A stretch of 64,000 nucleotides of DNA from Rhizophagus irregularis (taxonomy: Eukaryota): assembly GCF_026210795.1 (NCBI RefSeq), contig NC_089433.1, positions 372,001 to 436,000 of the forward strand, in the 5' to 3' direction. Each line of letters begins with the position of its first letter. Position 1 is the first letter of the stretch. Under the pieces are notes generated by a model, which was not told where the DNA came from, ran no database searches, and saw nothing but the letters and a program-made list of their open reading frames with translations. Both the position numbers and the translations under genes were made by a program. This document shows positions 39,797 to 53,765 of this stretch, in pieces.

Positions 39797-41937
39797 TTAT
39801 ATGTAATTGTTCATTACCACTATACAAATAAGTTTTATGTTTTCGTAGTTAAAACTCCAAGTCGTTTGTTGCAAAGACGCCCAAAAACGAAAAATAAATA
39901 CCTTTTATATTTCTCATCGCTTAACGGCAGTGTAAACTATAATTTCAACCTCAGATTTCAAATAAACAGCGTTAACAAATATTTTTTCTGCTAATGCAAA
40001 GGACCGTTTATCCTTAATTATTCCTTTATTCTCTCTTCTTTTAAAATAAACTCCCAAAAAAACTTGGAACCAGAACAACAATTTACTAGACTTACTGCGC
40101 CACAAAGAAAACAGGCCGAAATTTATATCAAAATGGTTTTTTAACGCTACACGGCAGACTAACTCCTCCGTCTTTTTCCCTATCCTAAACGCCATTTTGC
40201 AAACACAAACGGATTAACGGAAATTCATAATAGTCGTATCCGGAAGATCATTGCGCCAAAGAACTTAATAGATTATTAAGAGCTATTATTCTCATGATCT
40301 TATCCATTCCAAAGATATTATCTCTGGAGGATTCTCATCAATTTATGTCGCAAAATGGAGGAATATGCCAACAATATATGCAATTAAGGAATTTGTCGAC
40401 AATAAAGAAATGTGCTACAGATAATATTTTTTTTTTATATTACGTAACTATAGTCATATCCTAGGGCCGGTGGCCGGCCCTTACTAAGAGTATGATACTG
40501 TATATACATAAATTTTGACACTTATTTGCAGAAACAAAAGTAGGTAAGATATAATTTAATTTTCATTTGAAATAAATAAATAATTTTATTTTATTTCTTT
40601 TCATCTAAAATAATTTAATTTATTTTTTTTTTCGTTTTTGATTTAATAATCTTGTAATTGATCTTAAAAGAAGACTTTTTTTTAAAATTTATAAAGAACA
40701 AACATTAACAAAAAATTTTTCGTTTCTAACTAAAATAAAATTATTTATTTCACATGATTAAATACTTATTAATATTTTATTTTTTAATAAATCAATTCGT
40801 GTAATATATATAATTTTAATAAGTAAATTCAATATATTATAAAAATGCTCCCCATACTTAGTAATCTCCTTCCTTTCCGGGATAGTCAATTAGCATAACA
40901 ACCAATCACAAGAAAATCACTATTAAAATGAAGATCACCTGATATCGTTAAATATATAGTGCGATTTGTATATAGTGTCAAAAATTATTTATTAACAAGT
41001 TAACATTAAACATGGCAGGGAGCTATAGTCATAGTATAATTAGAACTGTAATAATTCTGACTTTTTTTTAATTAAGTTGGTTTATACTACCATACAGTAT
41101 CATAATTATGATAAATAGTTTTTAAGATTTAAAGAGAATTTCTAAATTTTAACTGGTGGAAAAATTACTGGTAGATCATGTGATTGTGTATTAAATATTC
41201 ATGTGATTTATTATGATGATGCAATTTCATTTGGCTCGCTTCGCTCGCCGGGCTTTTCTAGCCAAACCATAACTTTCACTTTATTTGCAAAATTTTTGAT
41301 TATATTTAACATATCTATAAAAAAAAATGAGAAATTACTCTTAACTAGCTATTAACATAATTTTTTTCTCATTTGGTAAAGGATGATCATTTTCGGTTTA
41401 TTTTGCTTGTTAATCATTTTTGGCTTAGTTATTTCACTTGTTAATCATTTTAAGGTTAATTATCTTGATTGTTGTTTATTTTTTGGTTTAAAAATAAAAA
41501 AATATATATATCAGAATATGTGATTAACTTTAAATAACAATACAGAAAGATTGTTTATTACTTGATAAAGCATTTATTTAATATTTACTATCATCATTTT
41601 TGGAATTACGGCTCTGGAAAAAAATTTTTCACGATTATATTGTAATAAAACAATTCTACTATCCGATTGCTGATCATTTTTAGTTCTGGAAAATTATGAT
41701 AACTGAATATCATAATAATAAGACAATGATAATGAAATTTTACCATTTAGTTGTTGTTTATTGTTTTGTTTCAAAATAAAAAATTACTTGATATAACATT
41801 TATTTAATTTTATCATCCAATTGTTGAGAAAAAAAAAATTTTATAATAACATTATAATAAACAACAATTTTATTATCTGATTGTTAATCATTTTTAGAAT
41901 TACTACCCTGAAAAAATTTTCATGATAGCATTATAAC

Positions 41938-42834
41938 TAAAGTTGCCTGCCAAAACTCTACAGGCTATTGTCGAAATGTCGAAACTAAAACCTGTAGAAA
42001 TGCCGAAATGCCGAAATAGTTTCGACATGTCAAAATTGTCAAAACCTAAAAATATTACGTTTCACGTAATAACTCGGCATCCAATGATCGTAGAAAGATG
42101 CACCATAGCTCGTTGGAATCGTCTCATAACGACGAGTCAAATGGTGGTTAGATCGTCTTTCTACGATCACTGGATGCCGAGATATTGAGCGAAACGTCAA
42201 AAATCAGCATTTTGTATTTTGCAATACTGCGCCATTTGACGTTTCGCGTAATAACTCGACGTCCAATGATCGTAGAAAGATGCACCATAGCTCGTTTGAA
42301 TCGTCTCATAACGACGAGTCGAATTGGTGTTAAATCGTCTTTTTACGATCATTGGATGCCGAGATAATAGACGAAACGTCAAACGGCGCAGTAGCGCAAA
42401 ATACAAAATGCCGATTTTTGACGTTTCGCTCAATATCTCGGCATCCAGTGATCGTAGAAAGACGATCTAACCACCATTCGACTCGTCGTTATGAGACGAT
42501 TCCAACGAGCTATGGTGCATCTTTCTACGATCATTGGATGCCGAGATATTAAGCGAAACGTCAAAAATCGGCATTTTGTATTTTGCGCTACTGCGCCGTT
42601 TGACGTTTCGTCTATTATCTCGGCATCCAGTGATCGTAGAAAGACGATTTAACTACCATTCGACTCGTCGTTATGAGACGATTCCAACGAGCTATGGTGC
42701 ATCTTTCTACGATCATTGGACGTCGAGTTATTACGTGAAATGTAATATTTTTAGGTTTCGACAATTTTGACATGTCAAAATAGTTTTGACAATTTTGACA
42801 TGCCGAAACTCCCTAATTTCGGCAGGCAACTTTA
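41938..42834. mobile_element. Young foldback-like hAT-type non-autonomous element
   Basis: TIR taaagttgcctgcc / ggcaggcaacttta; perfect 8-bp TSD ATTATAAC (41930-41937, 42835-42842); interior made of ~180-bp units, two forward and two reversed. Confidence 0.9.
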
Positions 42835-43759
42835 ATTATAACGATAATGTAATGACGACGATAATGAAAATTTACCATTTGATTATTGTTTATTTTTTTG
42901 TTCAAAATAAAAAAAAAATGTATCTATATTTAAATAAGTAATAATACAAACAAATTGTTTATTTACATAATATTAAAATTTGTCATCCGGTTGTTGATCA
43001 TTTTTGGCTAACAAAAAAATTATTTAGTTTTCACATGATTTGCTAAAAATTTTATCCCATAATTATTAAGCAAGAAAGATCATTCTATATAAGTCCAATA
43101 TCACCCTATGGGTGGGTGGATGGCGCGTCACGTTATTGTTATGACTTGAAATGATTGACATGTCATGATAGGTTAACGTTAACTTAACGTTAACATAAGA
43201 TTAGTTTTTGAGTGATTTCCATTTTAAGATGCTGATCCCCCATCTTTGGTATTGATTTGCTGATTATATAAATACATTTCAAATCAAGCTTTTCTATTTT
43301 AGTACGATCGGCAACCAACAAATCTTTTAGTGTTTTAATAACTTCCTCCTTAGTCCCTAGGTTTATTTAACAAAAATGGTTAATTCCCATGCAAATATAA
43401 TCGGATTACTAAATTAGAAGGTAGCAACAATTTATATAACAGATAAACATAAAAGTAAATATCCAGGTATAATTCTTCCATGATTAGATCGCTTAATATT
43501 TCGATTCTTGAATTTTCCTGTTTTAAAAGAATCTTTTCATGCGAATCATCGAACATAAAATTATATTTTTGTTAACATGTTAATTTTCTTTAGATGTGGA
43601 AAGGTATTCACTTGTTCTGGATTATGCGGACAATGCTATTCAATGGAAGAACCAATTAAGATTTGCAAGAGAGATTACAAATGCGATTTTATGGTTACAG
43701 TAAATAAAGAAAATAATATATTCATAGCGTTTAATAAATTTTTAAAAAAAAACCAGTTA

Positions 43760-43990
43760 ATTCATAGGACACAATAAAATTGGCAGATATTGGACATTCA
43801 TTTGAAAAAGGGAAGGGTTGTAAAAATGCTGAAGTATAGGAAGTAATTCCTTATGTGGATCCTAAAATGCTCGATCAAACAGTTCCATATAAGCTAAACG
43901 AGAAATCTGATATATATTGTTTGGGAGTTTTATTCTGGGAGTTGACCAGCTCACTATTCATTAATGATCTTGAAGATAATCATATTGCGC
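43760..43990 (+). pseudogene. Protein kinase C-lobe fragment
   Basis: IKLADIG..., stop, VIPYVDPKML...KLNEKSDIYCLGVLFWELTS; no intact N-lobe. Confidence 0.75.
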
Positions 43991-44606
43991 TTGGAGAGGC
44001 TGTACGTATAGTATTAACTAATTAAATTAACACGATTTTACAAATACATACAAACAAATGGAATTTCGTATTACTGTTAATATTTTTCAGTTTTCACATT
44101 GAATCATTTTCCTTGGGAAATTTATGGATATCAAGTAATAACTTCATTAATTATTAATCCATGAAGTTTGTATTATTTTGAATATTTATTTGGACCAATA
44201 TCCCCAACATTCTCATCACATTATCAGAAAGAAACGAGTCCTATTTTGTAAAAAAAGAAATAAAAAAAGGTGTTACATTTATTATTAATTAAATTACAAA
44301 TGATTAATAATACTTACAAGGTTTATATATACAATATCAGATAATAATATTAATATGTTATATTAAACCAAATAAAATTTTTAAAACTACAGTAAAACAA
44401 TTATAAATCTGAAGCAAAAATATTATTGAAATAAATCTTATGAAATATAGGTTCAAATAAAATAAATCCCATCAAATAAAAAAGTGTGCAATTAAGGAGC
44501 AATACTAAGTATACGCCATATTAATAATATCAAGCGCAATAAATTTTGAAAATTATTTTAGATAGATAACTATTATTATGTGAATGTGATTTTATTTGTA
44601 TATATA

Positions 44607-46063
44607 TTACTTTACTTTATAACGTGGTACCTTTTTAATTTCAAATTTCTTAAATTTAATATCTAATTTCATATATTTTTCAATAAGTATTTTTATATCA
44701 TTCATATTTTTAATGTAATAAATATCGTCAGGAATATAAATAATCAGTGAAAGTGATCTTTGTGATACACGATCTTGCCAGTTTATAAAAAATTCCTCTA
44801 AATCTTTTAAATCTTCATAAAGGCTATCCATCGACCATACCGGCCATGCAAAAGAATAATCTAAAATTAAGCCATAAAAATATTCTTGTGAATAATTTGC
44901 CAAAATGTTGTAGAAGTTAAAGACATAATTACAAGCAAAAGGATATTCAATAATTTCTAAATATTGACAATTACTTAGAATTAGTTTCAATGTTTCTTCT
45001 TCTTCCTTCTTAATTTGAATGCGTAAAATTTTAAGATTTGGACAAAATTCAGCTAAAACTAAATTTAATGATCTATTATAGTAATGATATATATAAAACT
45101 CTGTTAGATTTTTTCCATTAATTTCCAAAAAGTTAATTAGCATTTCAACATCAGAAAAATTATTTTTATATATAATCTTCAGAATCTTCAATTGTGAAAA
45201 ATAAGTATCCTGCAATTGATAAAATATATGATTAGCACTACATTCTTGATATAAAATGAGTTCTTGTAAATTTTTGAACATAGCTATAAATGGAAAGGAT
45301 ATTTTACAATTCTTTAATGTTAACTTTGTTAATGTTAAAGAATGCTTAGTTAATGAACAGATGAAAAAATATTGAAGATTTGCAATTTTAAAATTATTCT
45401 GTGAAAAAATCAAATCCAATAATCCATTTGAAATCTCAGACTTAAAATTTATAGTTAATGATTGCAGATTATGAGATACTTGAGAAATAAATTCAGAAAA
45501 AATATCTGAATCACATTTAAATTCTACAAGGTTAGCTAAATGAAAATGAATTATTGCTAAAGATAATACATCAATATCTTTTGATTGTGATTGTGATTGT
45601 GATTGTGATTCGTTACACTTCAAAACTTTTAATGATGAAATTTGATTCATAATCATTTTTAATTTGTAATAACAAATTTCGTATGTCTTCTGAAATAATT
45701 GATTGTTGATTTTTAAGTGCAAGTATAATCATGTCATCAATTTTATAAACTGAGATAACTTTGCAAAATGATGCATAATTAATCAATGGAGGTTTCTGAA
45801 TTGGAATGGTTATATTAAATCCATTCTATGTAAAATTTTTCTGATTCCTTAGGAAGACAAGCAATTAAAGTATTAATAATTGATAATGATATATATGGCT
45901 TTTCACCAAAATCATAAAACTTCCAAACATTTCTCCATAAAATTCTAACTGCAACTTCACAACAAAGATGGTTAACTAATAGACATGAATATAAGGTAAT
46001 TTTATCATCATATAAATATTCAAATATATAATTAAGGCAATCAGTAGTTAGTTGACGAGGCAT
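44607..46063 (-). pseudogene. F-box / RNI-like leucine-rich repeat gene with frameshifts
   Basis: F-box-like MPRQLTTDCLNYIFEYL..LYSCLLVN.LCC...V.ILW; the KPPLINYASF segment is in a different frame; LRR-like ORF 45722-44607 (FCPNLK.L); at least two frame breaks near 45830 and 45660. Confidence 0.8.
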
Positions 46064-46329
46064 TTTATTTTGTTTTTAATTGAGAGGTAAATATGCAAAT
46101 TGAAAAATTACTATTTCTAGTCATATTAGTATATTTTATAGTAATTTTGATGCAATGTGATGAAGTGAATATAATTTTGAACTCAAAATGATGTCATTAG
46201 AATTTTCCTTTTTAAGGATTAACACTGGTAGTTGAGAGATACAATCGTAGATATTACTAATAAATTATAAAAAATATATTCTAAGATTTTATTCAGAAAT
46301 ACGTACATGAACATTCGGTTCTGATTAGG

Positions 46330-47170
46330 CTTGTTTTCCAGAAAAACTTTTGATTTCAGTTATTTATTTAAATGAGCGAAATTTAAGTTTGGTAACATGT
46401 GCTTAAATGGGGAATTGCTCATAATCCAGAATTACAATCTGGCCTTAAAAACTATTTAAATAAAGATTTCACCACTTTGAAGGATATCTTACAATGCATC
46501 CCGTTTATTAGATTTTACAATTTAACTTCTAAAGAATTTGCGGGAAAAGTATATCCTTATAAAAAAGTTTTATCTGATGATTTATTATTGAGTTATTTGA
46601 ATCCTGATAAGGGTGAATCAAAACCTCGTATACCTGAGAAATGTTGATTCAAGAAATATTGATTCTATTATAATTACATCTCAACATGCTGAAAAAATCT
46701 CAAAATGGGTCGATAAATAGAAATTACTAATGAGTTAACTTCTCCATATGAGTTCAAATTATTATTTCGTGGATCTCGTGATGGATTTTATCCCAATAAA
46801 ATTTCATTCTTCATTCTCGCACTGTACAATTGCTAAAGAGAAAGATAGTAGCGAAATTCTTGGAGATACAATCCGATTGGATGGAAATCCGTTAATAGAT
46901 ATGGTAATACTAAAGATAGTTTTATATTTTCTTTTAATAATAAAGAGAGAAATGAGAATTATAATTTAAGTCGTATAATTGATAATCAGTATGCTATAGA
47001 TAATAGATCTTTTTTTGATCCATCGTTTGGTAACGGAGCCCTTATTATATGGGGATTAGATATTAGTACATTTAGTTATTATTGTAAAGTTTGTAAGAAA
47101 GATCGACTAGAGAAACTGAAGTTAGATTTTATGCTGAAGAATATGAAGTATTTCAATTGATGAAAATTTA
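46330..47170 (+). pseudogene. BTB/BACK-TLDc gene remnant
   Basis: VLKWGIAHNPEL..CIPFIRF..LTS.EF..KVYPY, then PYEFKLLFRGSRDGF, TKDSFIFSF, EEYEVFQ across several frames; BTB N-terminus absent. Confidence 0.8.
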
Positions 47171-48035
47171 TTCATGAATTTTTATTAAATAATAATAATA
47201 AGAAATTTTAATACTTATTTTTTAAAAAATTATGAGCAGATTTCTTTGAAATCCTTCTTTACCTTACCACATTGTAAATTTACTTCAAATCATAATAAAG
47301 TTTACCTTATCATGTACAATTCATTTCTCATGATTGGTATAATGGTATAATCATCTCGCACACCAAAATTTAACGTTGCATAATATTAAAAACCTTTTTC
47401 ACAAATTAGGTAAATCATGGAAATTAATTCTCATTTTCTTTACTAAATTAACAAGAATTATCGATATAAAGAAAAACAGAGAAGAAAGGGAACTTATAAA
47501 ATGTTGTTATATAAATGTTTTTCGAATATAAAAGAAAAGATATGGATCTTAGATGCAAAGTAGTAGTTAGATTAGAGAAAATAAAGGGATAGCAGGAAAG
47601 TAGAAACGGAGTCATAGTTCATAACTCATTATAAAAGGAGAACTTAGATTTAGATAAAGAAATAGAAAAAATATAAAATAAGATTAGAAAATACCAAAAA
47701 TAGATTAATTACAAATAGCGTAGAATTAAGTACGGTATAAACGGTAAATTATCTTGGGCCATATAAATATAGAACATTGTTTAATATCTTTAATATAGGG
47801 TAATAGTTCTTAGAAATGTATTAAATAATAATTATATTTACTGTATATCTAATAATAAAACGTGTTTATAAAAAAAAAAATTAAAAAAAGAGGATTTAAT
47901 CGAGTACTTTGAAATTTTAATTCGAACATGAATTGATTTTTTTTCTCATTGCAATCATTGTACAGTAAATTAACGAATGTGTGTATAATAATAATGGTTT
48001 AATAATTTTTTTTTATTTTTTTAATGATATATATA

Positions 48036-50064
48036 CTAGGTGTAACCCGTCGCATTGCGCCGGGGATGATACTTGCCCATCAAATAAGAAAGTAATAATA
48101 ACACACTAATATTTTATTTGCCATGCAGTGTGAATAAGTCTAGTTTTTTACTATTGTTATGACTTATGAGGGATTAGTAGGAAATAAATGTAATAAATTA
48201 CACAATTTACATGATTATAAAATAACAATGAAATTGTGTGCAAGTGTTATACAGTATATGAAATATTATTATTAAATGCAAATTTTATTTATCACATGAA
48301 ATAAATGTTTCAGTACTGTGAAATTTACAAATTCATTACAAAAACAATTTCATATAAGTAGTTTATTGTTACATTGTTACAAAAAAAATCTTTTTTTTTA
48401 TCTTAAAAAATTGCATTGTGACATTAAAAAAATACATCCTCTAGAAAAAAAAAATATCACTAATTAATATCTAATTATAACGATCTATTGTTACAAAAAA
48501 TAAATAAATAAGTATCATTGAGCTTAATACAAAAAAAAAAATGTTATTATTAATAATAAAAAAAGTAATCAGATCCAAACCTAAATGGGGAAATAATGTA
48601 TTTGGGAAAAAAAATTCGGTTTGAAATAAAAAAAAGCCAAACCGAAAAGGAAAAGGGGAAAAATTATTCTGATTGGAACCGGAAAAATCAAAAAAAATAA
48701 AAATTGAAAAAAATTGAAAAAATAAAAATGAAAAAAAAAGTTGTGGGGAGGAACAAAGAGAAAAATCGGGTTGAAAAAAAAACCGAAAAGGAAAAAGAAA
48801 AAAAATTTGGGGGAAAAGAAAAAGGATAAAGAAAGAAATTGGTTTAAAAAAAAATAAGTACTAAAAAAAATTCCGAAAAAAAGGACAATAATCCTGTCCA
48901 AAAGACCGAAAAAAAAATTCAAAAAAAAAATTAATAATATGGTCTAAAAAAAAGACCGAAAAAATAATATAAAAAAAATCGTCTTAAAAGACCAAAACAA
49001 TAGGATTATTTAATAATAATAATTTAAATGGGAAAAGAATGAAAAAAAAACAAAAAAGAAAGAAAGAGAAAAAAAAGAAAAATTTTTTAAAAAAGAAAAA
49101 AAAAGGAAAAGAAAAAGGTGTTTCGAAAGAGAAAATGGAAAATTTGAAAAAAAAAGAAAGAACCATTTGTAAAAGATAAAGAAATCAAAAAAAAAGGGGG
49201 AACCGAAAAAATTTAGATCGGTTAGAAAACGAAAAAATAAAAAAAAAAATTCTGATTAAAATTTCATTAATTAATTTATACAGGTGTTACCACCGATTTA
49301 TGTCGTTTGGTAGGTTGAAAAATAAGGATCGGTTTATTAGTGGTAAGGTAATATAGCGATATATAACAATCGATAAAGTAAAAGTATATATATACGAATA
49401 GTCGATTATAAGCGATAATAAATGATGCGATAAATTAAAGTAAATCACGTGGTGTGTGTATAAAAACAATTAATTATACAGTGTATACGAAAATCAACGA
49501 TGTATAACAAAAATCAACAAATGGTAATAAATGATAATGATAGTGAACGATAATAAACGATAATAAACAATAATAAACTGTGTAAAAAAAAATATATATA
49601 AAATGTATATTAACAATACAGATCAGCGGTTTATTAACAATGAAACAAAATACGATATTACTGCCTCTATCGGCGCTCTGTAATATCCGTATATTATCGG
49701 CTGATAATAAAACCTAACTAAACTTTTTCTAAACGTTAGGATTTTGGTACAATTCTGTCTTTCGGACATAATTGTCACCCGGCCAATATCGTTTCCTGGC
49801 CAATTGTGGCGATCTGGGCACATTTGTCTATACAGCCACTTATATTCAGCCACTTTATATCGCTAAGCTTCCGCTTTTTATCTAATCCATAAACAACTAA
49901 AAACAACTACAGGTAACCTATCTAAAAATAACCAAAAATAACTAAAAGATAAAAATAGAATAAAAAAAAAATAAAATAAATAAAATAAAAATAAAAAAAA
50001 TATCCCGTGACACAGGCTAATCTAAACGTTAGTCACACAAACACCATTTTTTTAATTATATAGA
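48036..50064 (-). mobile_element. Non-autonomous Helitron (~2.0 kb)
   Basis: Minus strand begins A|TCTATATAATT (50064) and ends CTAG|T (48036); GC-rich subterminal hairpin cccgtcgcattgcgccggg at 48046-48064; no TIR, TSD or Rep/helicase ORF. Confidence 0.8.
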
Positions 50065-50379
50065 TATGACATTAATCATTCTGTAGTATTATATAATTTC
50101 TTCAAGTCACATCAAAAATTGTTTGTATAAAAAAATTTCTGACTTAAATTCTTGGCAATTTCTTCATAGAATAGAACGCGTTACACACCGACACTGGTGG
50201 AGCAGTAAATAAACCGAATTCACAATCTTAATAGAAGGCGAAAAAATTTCATACGATGATCTAATCCGAATAAGTAATAAGTTAGTCACAGTCACATGCG
50301 TAGGACCCGAGTTATCTCCCAGAGCAAAATGAACTATTTTGGGATAAATTTTGTTTATCTCCCGACACATTACTCTACG

Positions 50380-51034
50380 CATTTCTTAAATGAGGTAATT
50401 ATTATTTTTATTTTATAATAATCAATTATTGGATTTATGATTTTTTTTAGGCGAAATCACTTTATCGATGTTAATGATACAGTTTTTATTATGGTATTAC
50501 GTAAGACCCCGTGAAAAAAGATTATATGTTAATAATAGAATATACGAGCGGTGGAAATTCACACAGTTATTTTAAAAAAAAATTTATAAATATTAAATGG
50601 ATCACAAAATTAGCTATTTTATGTCAAATTTCAGCTGGGTATATATTATTATTAATATTTCTATCAATCTTATTTATGTGAAATAATATTAAATTATTTA
50701 ATATTATTTATTCTAGACTTAAGACTATTTATTTATCATGAAAATTTTATACATCGAGATTTTCATAGTGGAAATATATTATCATTAAAAAATAATCACA
50801 AAAAGTGGGTAATTGGAGATCTAGAATTATCGCAACCAGCAGATAATTAGTCGAATAATGAAATATATGGAGAAATACCTTATGTTCGCACCAGAAATAT
50901 TTCAAGGTGGTGTATTTTCGAAAGAGTCTGACATATATAGTCTAGGTATGGTTATGTGGGAATTAACAATAGGCCGTAAACCATTTTTCAATATTGAGTA
51001 TGATATTGAACTTATTTTTCAAATGATTGATGGG
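50380..51034 (+). pseudogene. TKL-like kinase pseudogene truncated by a repeat element
   Basis: FLNE|intron, [55 protein letters not shown]; stops and frameshifts; homology ends abruptly at ~51034. Confidence 0.85.
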
Positions 51035-52715
51035 AACGTCATTTACGTTCCTTTTGCTTCTTTTCTTTAGGGAACGTCCTGGATTTCGGCTTGGGCTATA
51101 AAGGTAAGTTGGGGAGTATATTTTAATGTTTTTTGTCTTTGGGAACATCATTAACGTTCCTTTTTCTTCTTTTCTTTAGGTAATGCCCTCTTGAACTTGA
51201 ATTTCGGTTTTGGATTATGAAAGGTAGGTTGGAGTGGGGTCATTTCGGTTTCATTTGGAACGTTACTAACGTTCCTCTACTTTCTTTTCTTTAGGGAATG
51301 CCAACCTGGACCTAGATTTTGGCTTAGGCTATAAAAGTTAGTTCGACTTTTGTTGATTTGTCATTGGGAACGTCATCAACGTTCCTTCTTCTTTTTCTCT
51401 TAGGGATGCTTTCCTGGACCTGGATTTTGGTTTGGATTTGAATTGTAAAATGGGAAGGAGTATTTTATTTATTTTATTTTATTTTATTTTTTATTTGGGA
51501 ACTCTAGCCTCTTTTTTTAAAAAAATGGGATCTTTGAAATTATTAGTTTTAGGACTTTACAATAATAATAAAATAATAATATAATAAAATAATAATTTAT
51601 TATAATAAAATTATACAAATATTAATTTAGATATAAATAATTATCCATAAATACTATTAACTTTAATTGCATTTTTTAAAAAAAATTATTATTGCTGAAA
51701 GAAAAATTCCTGCATCAGAAAATAACCTTTCTGATAGTGTGGATGTTGCTGGAATAGCTAAATGAAATTCCTCTCTCCCAAACTTATATTATCACGGAAT
51801 GCTAATAATAGTTAAGATTTGTCGGTCTGATGATGTATTATTAATTATTGCAGCAGTTGGAACAAAAACCCCGCTGCGCCCTCGGGAATTACAGAAACAT
51901 GTGATAAAAAAAAGATGTAACATTTCCAAGACAAAAAAAGTGACATTTACCTATTCCAAATATACCTTTCATAGTCCAAGCTAAAATCCCGGTCAGGAAG
52001 GTATTCTCTAAAGAAAAAAAGCAAAGGAACTTTAGTGACGTTCCGAAGACAAAAAAAAACAAAAAAACACGCCCCTAACTAACCTACATAGCCCAAGCCC
52101 AGGAAGTCATCCCTTAAAAAAATAAGAAGAAAAAGGAACGTTGATGACATTCCAGAGACAAAAACTCCTCTCCCAAACTTACCTTTCATAATCCAAGCTG
52201 AAATCAAAGTCCAAGAAGGCGTTCCCTAAAGAAAAAAATAAAAATAAACGTTAATGACATTTTAAAGACAACAAAAAAACGAAAAATCCCACCCAACTTA
52301 CCTTCACAATCCAGGCTGAAATTCAAGTCCAAGAGGGCGTTCCCTAAAGAACGTTTCAGAGACAAAAAAAAATAAGTTTCCCACCCACTCTACCTTTCAT
52401 AGCCCAGGCCGAAATCCAGGTCCAAGAAGGTGTCTTCTAAATAAAAGAAGCAGAAGGAGCATTAGTAAGACTCCTTAAACAAAAAAATAATCACCTTTAA
52501 CTTACCTTTTGCAATTCAGGTCCAGGAAGGCGTCCCTAAAGAAAAGAAGTGAAGAACACGTTTAGTAACATTCCCCAAAGCGAAAGAACAAAGAAATCCG
52601 CACTCACCGTTCAAAAACCAAGTTGTCCAAGTTGTCAAAGTCAGTTCTAGGCCAAGGAGAAAGCGTCTCTAAAGAAAAAATATAAATGGAACGTTAGTAA
52701 CGTCCCAAAACGAAA
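51032..52715. repeat. Convergent arrays of a ~120-bp repeat (about 4 forward copies 51032-51450; about 7 reversed copies ~51900-52715)
   Basis: Unit: ggaacgt..t.aacgttcc palindrome, pyrimidine tract ending ttag, ggaacgcc..ctggac.tggatttcggcttgggctatgaaag, gtaagtt. Confidence 0.85.
51695..51765 (-). mobile_element. hAT C-terminal dimerisation-domain fragment
   Basis: Minus-strand translation LAIPATSTLSERLFSDAG matches the hATC motif. Confidence 0.75.
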
Positions 52716-52829
52716 GAACAACATCAGGAGGTTAAATCATGCGAGTAATAGTGTAGAATCATCAAATATGTATATACTCGAAAATTTACATCTTGAAAAA
52801 ATCTGTAGATTTACGGATTTGTGTAATGT

Positions 52830-53330
52830 ACACTTAAAAATATAGTCTCGATAATTTTTATTTTAAAAATTCGCATAAATTTTACTTAAATGGATAGTTT
52901 TGATAACTCACTTTACTAAAAATATTTGTAAATATACTATTTTGTATAGCTTACACTTAAATATATAGTCTTGATAATTCTTATATTAGAAATTTGTATA
53001 AATTTTACTTAAATGGGTAGTTTTGATAACTCACTTTACTAAAAATATTTGTAAATATACTATTTTGTATAACTTACACTTAAATATATAGTCTCGATAA
53101 TTTTTATATTAGAAATTTTGTATAAATTTTACTTAATGGGTAGTTTTGATAACTCACTTTACTAAAAATATTCGTAAATATACTATTTTGTATAACTTAC
53201 ACTTAAATATATAGTCTCGATAATTTTTATTTTAAAAATTCGCACAAATTTTACTTAAATGGGTAATTTTGATAACTCACTTTACTAAAAATATTCGTAA
53301 ATATACTATTTTGTATAACTTACGCTTAAT
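52830..53330. repeat. ~122-bp tandem repeat, about 4 copies
   Basis: tacacttaaa.atatagtctcgataatttt...gataactcactttactaaaaatatt recurs at ~52830, 52952, 53075, 53197. Confidence 0.9.
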
Positions 53331-53765
53331 ATAATTATCATTTTAAAACTTTATTAGTACAATATATAATACTAAATATTTGAACCAAGAAATGATAACA
53401 TATATACAATTTAGAAAATATTTCTATTCATCAAAAATTCATTTTCTTTATGAAATCTTGGTATAATATGAACACTGTGTGTTATAGAATCTAATGGTAC
53501 TACATCATAACTTTTTAACATTAATAGCCGAGAACATCCATAAAATCAAAGCAGGATTGGACCTAAAGAGAAACAATGTTACATAAATATTTAATAATAA
53601 CTGGAAGAAATAACTATATAGTGCAATTATATAATATAAATGATATAATTGTCAGTAATGATATCATAATTATTTAATACAGTACAGTCATTTAATAATA
53701 GTACATAGATTAAATATTAAACTGAAATTCATATATATTAATTTGTATCATAATAAAATTAGGAT

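Noticed and set aside
40464..40481. GC hairpin gggccggtggccggccc; similar small hairpin at ~56470-56512
   Set aside because: Isolated short palindromes, probably transposon debris; bacterial-type terminators are not expected in this eukaryotic context.
41233..41261. Helitron-like 3' end (ggctcgcttcgctcgcc...CTAG)
   Set aside because: Not followed by T and no matching 5' end found.
41943..42770. Five overlapping ORFs on both strands
   Set aside because: By-products of the GC-rich palindromic transposon; no domain motifs.
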